A stretch of DNA of 63,662 bases, counting the filler, from Octopus bimaculoides (Eukaryota): the NCBI RefSeq assembly GCF_001194135.2. It is 8 parts of 8 records of this genome, joined end to end, with 100 filler letters (N's around TTAATTAATTAA, not from the genome) between each part and the next. Parts side by side here need not be neighbours in the genome. Positions count along the whole stretch, not along the records: positions 37,730 to 52,471 come from NW_026306856.1; positions 52,572 to 55,264 come from NC_069005.1; positions 55,365 to 58,864 come from NC_069010.1; 5 more parts are not named here. One strand, 5' to 3'. Positions 50,422 to 58,848 of the stretch are shown piece by piece; position 1 is the first letter of the stretch; each line of letters starts with the position of its first letter. A program made the position numbers and the translations under genes. The notes beneath the pieces are model-generated. The model searched no databases. It saw nothing but the letters and a program-made list of their open reading frames with translations, and had not been told where the DNA came from.

Positions 50422-51865
50422 AAATATACAGGCATAGACAGACACTTATCTATTTATTTACTTATCTATCCAGCTGTCCATCTCAATCTATTTATCCTTC
50501 CATCCATCTAACAAAAAATGAAAAATAAAAAGTTGGCCCCCACCTTTGGCACCATTGCTGTGTCTCTGGAGAATTCCGCCAATTGTTTCGCAGCAACAAT
50601 CCGGAAGTTCTGGAACAAAAGAAAATGGGGGAATCATCATCATCATCATCATCATCACCATGAGCAATTCCATCATCATCATGAACATTAACAGTAGTAT
50701 TATCATCATCAATAACATTGCAAGCACCACTACTGCTACTACTACTACTACTACCACCACCACTGTTATCACTACCATCCATATCACCAGTCACACCACC
50801 ACCCCTCATACTACAGCCACTACCATTAACACCACCACCACCACTGCCATCACCATCATAATCTCTCATGCACTTAGCACCACAACATCCACATGGTTCC
50901 GGGTTCAGTCCCACTGCGTGGCACCTTGGGCAAGTGTCTTCTGCTATAGCCTCAAGCCGACCAAAGCCTTGTGAGTGGATTTGGTAGATGGAAACTGAAA
51001 GAAGCCCGTCGTATATATGTATATATATGTGGCTGTGTGGTAAGTAGCTTGCTTACCAACCACATGGTCCCGGGTTCAGTCCCACTGCGTGGCACCTTGG
51101 GCAAACACACACGCACACACACAAGCACGCCAACCACTCCCAGAGTGTAGTGGGTGCTTTTTATGTGCCACCGGCATGAGGGCCAGTCAGGCGGTACTGG
51201 CAACGGCCACACTCAAATGGTGTTTTTCACATGCCACCAGCACTGGAGCGAGACCGCTGCTCTGGCAGTGATCCCGCTTGGAATACGACGGATTTCTTTC
51301 AGTTTCCGTCTACCAAATCCACTCACAAGGCTTTGGTCAGCCCGAGGCTATAGTAGAAGACACTTGCCCAAAGTTCCACGCAGTGGGACTGAACCTGGAA
51401 CCACTCCTGCATAGAATGTAAAGAATATTTTGTGCAAAAGAAAAAGAATGCCAAAGATTATTTATGATAAAAACTATGTTTATATGTAAGGGAAATACCT
51501 CGATATACAAGTTAACTTGTTCCCAGAGATTGCTTGTAAAGTGAAAATTCGTAAAGCAGAGCAATAATTTCCCATAGTAGTAATGTTATAAATTGTAATT
51601 CGTTCCCAGAAAAATGTATTGGGAGTTGTTTCATTCAACTAAAACCCTTCAAGGTTGTGCTCCAGCATGGCTGTTGTCTAACAAATGACATAAGCAAACG
51701 AAAAGAATAAAAAGACTCTACCAGGTCCCCCATTATAAAAATTCCATAAGCAGGGTTTGAACTTACGATGCTGGACGACCGTGCCTTGGCCACTAAATCT
51801 GCCACTGGATAACAGGTGGAACATACTTTCTCTTGTTTCTCAAGACCCAGCTGGGGCAAAAAGAT
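38132..51865 (-). CDS. Uncharacterised FYVE-finger + Armadillo-repeat protein gene, 5'-partial; complement(join(51767..51865,50544..50609,50267..50332,[missing exon],48782..48876,47633..47772,46229..46303,45085..45204,43361..43492,39519..39649,38132..38246))
   Basis: Ten stop-free exons (1039 nt), all with an AG acceptor and the nine internal ones with a GT donor. Phases are compatible at every junction except one that spans an N gap. The product has a FYVE C-terminal signature (LPQLGLEKQEKVCSTCY) followed by amphipathic ARM-like repeats (VVEVGGVQALVAL; MKTLCIIA; LVANLA; RGIANFS; TMRAISFLL). Confidence 0.88.
38385..38648 (-). mobile_element. Family-B SINE 3' half, runs into a gap
   Basis: near-consensus ttttacttgtttcagtcatttgactg... 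Confidence 0.9.
39196..39374 (-). mobile_element. SINE family C (head GTGGAGGCGCAATGGCCCAGTGGTTAGGGCAGCGGACTCGCGG)
   Basis: same as the 47143, 56488 and 60782 copies. Confidence 0.85.
39519..39649 (-). CDS. FYVE-ARM exon, 131 bp: MQYLPEIIRKGLMSEHTQIKQQTMRAISFLLAYMPEQTTEHLL-R
   Basis: ggtgatggttgctag|ATG...CTGAG|gtaaga; phase 0/2; the acceptor lacks an adjacent pyrimidine tract (see findings). Confidence 0.82.
39655..40005. repeat. Compound (CAT/CGT/CAC)n microsatellite immediately upstream (minus sense) of the 39649 acceptor
   Basis: direct reading. Confidence 0.95.
40160..40568 (-). mobile_element. Full-length family-B SINE
   Basis: complete head-to-tail match with internal (TA/CA)n. Confidence 0.9.
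41277..41482 (-). mobile_element. Family-B SINE 5' half
   Basis: near-consensus; shares the junction ...cagccactcgacg with the 40160 copy. Confidence 0.85.
43361..43492 (-). CDS. FYVE-ARM exon, 132 bp: VCLSNLQKTLCSLLHRDDLDTETLLNIQRGIANFSKFKLNTPTL
   Basis: cttctgtcttcacag|GTC...ACATTG|gtaagt; phase 0/0. Confidence 0.87.
45085..45204 (-). CDS. FYVE-ARM exon, 120 bp: KDMACGQNINSLLKGSAWQQEVLTMATSLVANLAVCSSDT
   Basis: ttgtcttctttcag|AAA...GACACG|gttcgt (the donor is less certain); ANLA ARM motif. Confidence 0.8.
45352..45530 (-). mobile_element. SINE family A
   Basis: rc of the family-A body and tail. Confidence 0.8.
45530..45665. repeat. G-rich ~16-bp minisatellite (GGGGCTGACAGTTGAG)n, ~8 degenerate units
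   Basis: direct reading. Confidence 0.85.
45870..46140 (-). mobile_element. Diverged family-C-like SINE
   Basis: gaaattaacatgcaagtggctgag...cagcgtgacac...; tRNA-like head at the right end. Confidence 0.7.
46229..46303 (-). CDS. FYVE-ARM exon, 75 bp: MQSAAVKILTFISASNNWCRHQLIQ
   Basis: cctcgttacttccag|ATG...ATCCAG|gtaaca; phase 0/0; ARM-like. Confidence 0.86.
47143..47477 (-). mobile_element. SINE family C
   Basis: near-identical to the 56488 copy. Confidence 0.9.
47633..47772 (-). CDS. FYVE-ARM exon, 140 bp: G-GAVSLVAMKTLCIIAKDKETHSIIVDSQRVQALPQIFLFLNSTEPQ
   Basis: tctctgccatgcag|GG...CCTCAG|gtcagt; phase 1/0; open frame. Confidence 0.83.
47995..48348 (-). mobile_element. SINE family E 3' part (GTGGTTGGCGTTAGGAAGGGCATCCAGCTGTAGAAAC motif, (GAT)n tail)
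   Basis: related pieces at 51128-51290 (-) and 55592-55762 (+). Confidence 0.75.
48782..48876 (-). CDS. FYVE-ARM exon, 95 bp: x-ILEKSSKYGNISADGISAIHIFCKTPGLITK-G
   Basis: ttaccaattcccacag|TATC...AAAAG|gtaagt; phase 2 start; the phase 1 end fits the next exon. Confidence 0.8.
49090..49624 (-). mobile_element. Family-A SINE (49090-49280) adjacent to a family-B SINE (49280-49624)
   Basis: both match the family consensus seen elsewhere in the window. Confidence 0.85.
50267..50332 (-). CDS. FYVE-ARM exon, 66 bp: VVEVGGVQALVALATVDEAEIQ
   Basis: ctcttctattgaaag|GTC...ATCCAG|gtcaga; textbook ARM VxxGGVxxLVxL pattern. Confidence 0.86.
50544..50609 (-). CDS. FYVE-ARM exon, 66 bp: NFRIVAAKQLAEFSRDTAMVPK
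   Basis: cattttcttttgttccag|AAC...CCAAAG|gtgggg (weak donor); phase 0/0; ARM helix-3-like. Confidence 0.78.
50890..51408. mobile_element. SINE cluster: two + family-B heads (50890-51105), an E fragment, and a - family-B 5' half (51292-51408)
   Basis: direct match to the family sequences; forms an inverted pair. Confidence 0.8.
51767..51865 (-). CDS. FYVE-ARM exon, 99 bp: IFLPQLGLEKQEKVCSTCYPVADLVAKARSSSI (FYVE C-terminal half)
   Basis: minus strand tctatttacag|ATC...AGCATC|gtaagt; resembles the Hrs FYVE end IPKFGIEKEVRVCEPCY. Confidence 0.88.
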
Positions 51866-51885
51866 CTGTAAATAGAAACAACAGA

Positions 51886-51931
<46 letters not shown>

Positions 51932-51984
51932 ACTTCATTATACATACATGCACACACTTTGCTCCCACCTCTCTCCTGCTCTCT

Positions 51985-52016
<32 letters not shown>

Positions 52017-52282
52017 TTCTCCTGCATTTCCCTCAGGTTGGGTAACCACGTATTTCCTTTGTGGCACCACACCTGTTTCTGTCTTCATTCCTTATCTCTC
52101 TCTCTCTCTCTTTCTCTCCAGCCAGGTAACCTTGTACCTCCTCTACATCATGAGGATGACAGTGACGACGATGATGATGATGATGACGACGACGACGACG
52201 ATGATGACAATGATGATGATGACGATGATGATGTTGATGATGATGACGATAATATCTGTGGTAAGTTTATATGTATATATAT

Positions 52283-52471
52283 ATGTGGCTGTGTGGTAAG
52301 TAGCTTGCTTACCAACCACATGGTCCCGGGTTCAGTCCCACTGCGTGGCACCTTGGGCAAGTGTCTTCTACTATAGCCTCGGGCCGACCAAAGCCTTGTG
52401 AGTGGATTTGGTAGACGGAAACTGAAAGAAGCCCGTCGTATATATGTATATATATGTATGTATATATATGT
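52283..52471 (+). mobile_element. Family-B SINE 5' half, near-consensus, runs into a gap
   Basis: direct match. Confidence 0.9.
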
Positions 52472-52980
52472 NNNNNNNNNNNNNNNNNNNNNNNNNNNNN
52501 NNNNNNNNNNNNNNNTTAATTAATTAANNNNNNNNNNNNNNNNNNNNNNNNNNNNNNNNNNNNNNNNNNNNCAAAATCCTTTTAAAATAATAAAATAATT
52601 TTTAAAAATTTCCTTTCTTCATTATCAATTCTGAAAAGGAAAAAATAAATCAACAATCATATTTCCCCTTATCTAATAAAAATATTGCCAACGTGTTCTT
52701 TGTGTTGCCAACACGTTTTTAACAGTTGCCAAACCGGTTTTTTTTTTTTACTTAAATTAAAATAAATTAAATTACACTCGTAAATAATACAAAGAAATTA
52801 AACAAACGAAAGTCATAACCGAAAACCCCTCCACTTCCACACACATACTTCAACTTTTGTGGATGGTTATAATACAAAACTGTATTTTGCCTTTATAATT
52901 ATGCAAATATTAATGTCAATGGATGCATGTATAATTATGTACAAATAATATCGCATGAGACAAAGCAGCATGGTGTCTGC

Positions 52981-53760
52981 TTAACCCTTTTGCATTTAAA
53001 CCGGCCATATCCATCCCAAATATTCTACCTGCCTTATACTCAGACTGACCAGATCCAACTTCTCACACTTACTCTACAATGTTAATTGTTTTTTGCATTT
53101 AAACCGGCTATATCCGACCCAAATATTCTCCCTGCTTTATGCTCAAACTGACCAGATCCAACTTCTCACACCTCCTCTTCAATGTCTGTCTTTAGCATTT
53201 AAACCCGCCATATCCGGCACGAATATTCTACCTGCTTTATACTCAGACTGACCAGATCCAACTTCTCACACCTACCCTACAATGTTAATTGTTTTTTGCA
53301 TTTAAACCGGCTATGTCCGACCCAGATATTCTCCCTGCTTTATGCTCAAACTGACCAGATCCAACTTCTCACACCTCCTCTTCAATGTCTGTCTTTAGCA
53401 TTTAAACCCGCCATATCCGGCACGAATATTCTACCTGCTTTATACTCAGACTGACCAGATCCAACTTCTCACACCTACCCTACAATGTTAATTGTTTTTT
53501 GCATTTAAACCGGCCATATCCGGCACAAATATTCTACCTGCTTTATACTCAGACTGACCAGATCCAACTTCTCACACCTACCCTACAATGTCAGTTGTTT
53601 TTAGCATTTAAACCGGCCATATCTGGCCCAAACGTTCCACCTGTTCCATGTTCAAACTGGCCGGATCCGGCTTCTTCTACCTACCCTGCAATGTCATTTT
53701 AAAAATAAACAATCATATTAACGAAATCCTTAAAGTAAGGAATAATGCATGATTTAATTT
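52981..53760 (+). repeat. Tandem array of seven ~100-103-bp units derived from the left end of the piggyBac-type MITE
   Basis: GCATTTAAAC recurs at 52992, 53095, 53195, 53298, 53398, 53501, 53604; begins TTAA|CCCTTTTGCATT; the last unit continues into the MITE body. Confidence 0.93.
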
Positions 53761-53873
53761 GAAACTGGGAATTGCTACACTTCCTCAAAGATGAACGCGC
53801 GTGCACGTGCCCGCTTCTCATGTAAACAGACACATGCACATAAATGCACACTGACTGTATTTCAATGTGCCAA

Positions 53874-53927
<54 letters not shown>

Positions 53928-55049
53928 TATACGTGTGAGTCTATGTATGTATGTACATACCTATACATACATACACGCTCACACTGACTAGCTCTGTGTG
54001 AGTATGAGTGTGTGCATACATATATATGTATATATGTGTGTCTCTCACAAACATATACATGCATACATACATACATGCATACATACATACATACATACAT
54101 ACATACATACATACATACATACGACTTGAAAGTATTAATAAAAATCTTACTTCAAAACATTGCTTTAAAGAAGACAGCAATTTCACAAGGAAGTTATTAA
54201 AGTGTTTTCTCACGTATGAAGTTTAAGATGTTTAGAATATTCTCATGGGAACCAGTTTATCAAAAACGTGAGCTTAAAGCAGCCCTTTTTTTTGCACGTG
54301 TCACTCATATTTTTTCTTAAACAAAAGAAAATATGGATAAGCTGTTTTTTTTTTTCCTCGAACTTTCATTTTATATTTCAAAGAATATTCACAGGGTGGA
54401 TATTTCGAACGGAAAGTAGGTTCGGCTTACCAAGCTGAAGGACCTAGGTCGGGTGCCGCACGCACGCATTTGTTGCTACACACATGCATTTGTACACACA
54501 CAAACAAACAAACAAATACACACACACACACACACACACACATATATGTTAGACAGCCTTGCACACTCCTACACACATACACACGTCCACATACAAACGC
54601 GCATAGATACACCTCGCTCCACACTTGTATACTCGAACATACACACACACACGCACGCATAAATACATACACTCCCATACATAAATATACACACGTTTGC
54701 ATAATCTTCATACACACACGTGCTTGCCTACACACACACATGCTTGTGCACACACACTTTAGCTATGTTACTGTTATCTTCTTTGCCCCTTTTGTTTCCA
54801 AACACTCCCTTGCGGTCAATTCAACATGTCAAACCGTTAATCCAGACACGTTTTCTTTTTCAGCCTCGTTTTTCATTTTTCTTTCAATTTTGTTTACTCC
54901 TTCCTTCCCGTAGAAGAGCACAAGCTCGAAACGTCAAACACTCTTCCATTTCTCCTGAGCGTTAAACAAAAACACCTTGTTTGTTGTTCCATCATCTCTC
55001 TCATTTTCGCATTTTTTCTTTGGTTTTCTTGTACAGTTTAAAACCGTAT

Positions 55050-56000
55050 TCTTTTATTCTTTTACTTGTTTCACTCACTTGACTGCGACCATGCTAGAGC
55101 ACCGCCTCTAGTCGAACAAATCGACCCTAGGACTTATTCTTTGCAAGCCTAGTACTTATTCTATCGGGGTCTTTTGCCGAAGCGTTATTTTCGAGGATGT
55201 AAACACATCACATCAGTTGCCAAGCGATGGCGGACACAGACAAACACACACTGGCAGAAACGTTNNNNNNNNNNNNNNNNNNNNNNNNNNNNNNNNNNNN
55301 NNNNNNNNTTAATTAATTAANNNNNNNNNNNNNNNNNNNNNNNNNNNNNNNNNNNNNNNNNNNNAAAAAAAAAAAAAAAAAAAAAATTAATTAGACGAAA
55401 GCTAATTAATAACATTAACGGTCAGTGCAAACATGGTTGCTGTGTGGTTAAGAAACTTGATTCCCAACAATGTAGTCTTGAGTTCAATCACACTGTGTGG
55501 TACCTTGCACAAATGTCTCCTACCATTACACTGAGTCAGTTGACCAAAGCCTTGTGAATGAATCTGATAGATGGAAACTGAAAGAAGCCCATTGTGTTTG
55601 GCCACATGGCCACCTCACTAGTGCTGGTGCCACATAAAAACCACCCTGTCTACTCTGTAAAGTGGTTGGCATTAGGAAGGGCATCCAGCCATAGAAACCA
55701 TGCCAAAGCTGACAACAGAGTTTGGCACAGTTCCTTAAATGATGATGATGGTGATGATGATGACACATATGTGAGCATGTGTGTGTGTGTGTGTGTGTGT
55801 TTGTTCCACCACAAATACCACTCACTTGGAAACCGGTGCTGGTTTGTTTACATCTCTGTAACATAACACTTTAGCAAAAGAGACCAATAGAATGAGTACC
55901 AGGCTTAAAAAAATAAGCATAGAAGAAAACACTTGCTCACGCAGTGGGACTGAACCTGGAACCATGTGGTTGGGAAGCAAGCTTCGTACCACACAGCCAC
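55050..56000. mobile_element. Mixed SINE cluster (B-, B+, E+, B fragments)
   Basis: direct match to families B and E. Confidence 0.7.
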
Positions 56001-56139
56001 GCCTACACCTATGGAGGAAATGCTGCCAAATATCTTACTCTCTTCTGAAATCGCTGGCCTTGTGCCAAAATTTGAAACCATTATTAAGAGGGTGACAAGC
56101 AGACAGAATCATTTGTGTATCAGAATAAGTGTTTAGTAA

Positions 56140-56789
56140 GGTGGCGAGCTGGCAGAAACGGGGTCGATAAATTAAGTACCAGTTGCGTACTGGGATCAAT
56201 CTAATCAAATGCCCCCCACCCCAAAAATTTCTGGCCTTGTGCCTTCAGTAGTAAAGAATATTTAAAGGCAGCGAGCTGGCAGAAACGTTAGCACGCCGGG
56301 CGAAATGCTTAGCAGTATTTTGTCTGCCATTACGTTTTGAGTTCAAATTCCGCTGAGGTCGACTTTGCCTTTCATCCTTTTTAGGGTCGATAAATTAAGT
56401 ACCAGTAATGCACTGGAGTCGATGTAATCAACTTAATCCCTTTGTCTGTCCTTGTTTGTCCCCTCTATGTTTAGCCTCTTGTGGACAATAAATTAACGTG
56501 CAAGTGGCTGAGCACTCCACAGACACGTGTACCCTTAACGTAGTTCCCGGGGATATTCGGCGTGACACAGTGTGACAAGGCTGACCCTGTTGAATTACAG
56601 GCACAACAGAAACAGGAAGTAAGAGTGAGAGAAAGTTGTGGTGAAAGAGTACAGCAGGGTTCGCCACCGTCCCCTGCCGGAGCCTCGTGGTGCTTTAGGT
56701 GTTTTCGCTCAATAAACACTCACAACGCCCGGTCTGGGAATCGAAACCGCGAGTCCGCTGCCCTAACCACTGGGCCATTGCGCCTCCAC
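56140..56789. mobile_element. Family-A SINE pieces (+, 56140-56435) abutting a family-C SINE (-, 56488-56789)
   Basis: direct match. Confidence 0.85.
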
Positions 56790-57504
56790 TATGAGGGGTT
56801 ATATGGGGTGCTTAAAGTAGAATTCCGCCAAACATGTTCACTGCAATACGTTCCAAAACACAGCGAGCACTCGGCAAAAAAAGTTGGTTCGAAAACAGCC
56901 ATCTCGGCTTGTATAATATCATCCTTTCCTTTTATCATATTGCTAAGCCTACGACTTCTCTCAGAAAGATATTTCTCGTTAGATTCAGTGCAGCAAGGAT
57001 ACTTGTATTAATTGGTGCAATTTCTGGCGGGAGTTGTTTTACGAACGTCAAATAGGAAATTACCAAGTAAAATAAATTCGATTTCACGAACCGTAAAATA
57101 GGAAATTACAAAATAATTGTTCTCGGGACAAGATGAAACACGCATGCATAACCAAGTATTTACATGTTGTGTGTGTGTGTTAGGGCAACTGGAATTTGTG
57201 AAGGTACTATCGCTATTCTTCATTGATCCTGGTGAGTTAGGTGATCAGTGAAGAATAGAAACTCTCGGCCCTTCAATCACTTTGATAAGTCTGCCGATTA
57301 TACATAAACACACACATATACATAAAATATTGTATACATATACTCATATTTTGAGTTCTATTTTTCTTGTTTGCGTCATCATATACACACACACATCCGT
57401 CCACCCATTTTCTCCGCCCATTATTCTTGGAAGGGTCGTATGGGTAGAGTCGTTTGGCACCTCCATACGTACATACACACACTCACACAAGCACAAATAT
57501 TCTT

Positions 57505-57683
57505 TTTTACTCCAAGGCCCGAAATTTTGGGGGAGGGGGGGCAGTCGATTAGATCGACCCCAGTACGCAACGATAAAAGACAAAGTCGATCTCGGCGGAA
57601 TTTGAACTCAGCACGTAAAGACAGACGAAATACCGCTAAGCATTTCGTCCGGCGTGCTAACGTTTCTGCCAGCTCGCCGCCTT
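57505..57683 (-). mobile_element. SINE family A with internal deletion
   Basis: matches the 1-178 copy. Confidence 0.85.
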
Positions 57684-58038
57684 AACACAAACACAAATAT
57701 TGACAGATACGTGCATACATACGTACAGCCATAATGTGTATGTATATGTGTACGTATTCGACTGCGCGTCTGTGTATAAGANNNNNNNNNNNNNNNNNNN
57801 NNNNNNNNNNNNNNNNNNNNNNNNNNNNNNNNNNNNNNNNNNNNNNNNNNNNNNNNNNNNNNNNNNNNNNNNNNNNNNNNNNNNNNNNNNNNNNNNNNNN
57901 NNNNNNNNNNNNNNNNNNNNNNNNNNNNNNNNNNNNNNNNNNNNNNNNNNNNNNNNNNNNNNNNNNNNNNNNNNNNNNNNNNNNNNNNNNNNNNNNNNNN
58001 NNNNNNNNNNNNNNNNNNNNNNNNNNNNNNNNNNNNNG

Positions 58039-58212
58039 ATAGATAGATAGATGGATGGATGGACAGACAGATCGATCGATAGATAGATAGATAGATAGAC
58101 AGGTAGATCGATCGATGGATAGATAGATAGATAGACAGACAGATCGATCGATCGATAGATAGATAGATAGATAGGCAGACAGATAGATCGATAGATAGAT
58201 AGATAGGCAGAC

Positions 58213-58247
<35 letters not shown>

Positions 58248-58305
58248 GAGGCAGACAGACAGATAGATCGATCGATGGATAGATAGATAGATAGATAGAT
58301 AGATA
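58039..58305. repeat. Compound (GATA/GACA/GATC)n microsatellite
   Basis: direct reading. Confidence 0.95.
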
Positions 58306-58719
58306 ATGTATAGGCTATACATATGAATACATGTATGGAAGTATAAAGTCTCTCTCTCTAGGTTAGCCATAGATCAAATAGAGTTTTAAAAAGTGGGTGT
58401 ATTTACCTTCCAAACCTACAAACTACTCCAGTGCCGGAGCGAAGATCCTATCTTGGCCTTAGTTTCAATAAATCAAGTTTGTTGTTGTAGCAACATCGGA
58501 AAAAAATGGCAGGAGAGGTGGAGAGTTAAGGGAAGTAACTCTGTTTTTATCATTTCTTTGTATTCAAATGCGCGCGCGATGTGAGGAGCGAGCGTATGTG
58601 TGTGTGTGTGTGTGTGTGTGTATACATATCTTTTAACTGTTTAGACTGCGACCATGCTGGGGCACAGCCTTGAAGATTTTCAGTTGAACGAATCGACCTC
58701 AGTACTTATCTTGGCACTA

Positions 58720-58848
58720 TCATGCTATTAGCTGTCAGAAGTGAAAGTGCTCACTGCCTGCTAGTGAAGTATCTGTCTGTCTGCCTGTCTGTCTGCATGC
58801 CTGTTGCTAGCCTGTCGATTCTTTGGCTACTGACAGCTAATACCATGA
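58720..58848. mobile_element. ~130-bp MITE-like element with 19-bp TIRs
   Basis: TCATGCTATTAGCTGTCAG ... CTGACAGCTAATACCATGA (1 mismatch), internal (CTGT)n. Confidence 0.65.

Noticed and set aside
52020-52200. Plus-strand acceptor-like sites (ccctcag|, ccagccag|) suggesting a third gene
   Set aside because: The pyrimidine tracts are (CT)n microsatellites, the following frames are low-complexity, and no partner exons were found.
54431-54475. 45-bp minus-strand AG...GTAAGC segment (QQMRACGTRPRSFSL) as an upstream FYVE exon
   Set aside because: The acceptor lies in a (TG)n repeat without a pyrimidine tract, and no frame gives WxxD, CxxC or HHC motifs.
56790-57470. Minus-strand frames ..ECSLCFGTYCSEH.. 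and ..NNGRRKWVDG.. as zinc-finger or FYVE pieces
   Set aside because: No credible splice sites, and Cys/His spacing does not match FYVE.
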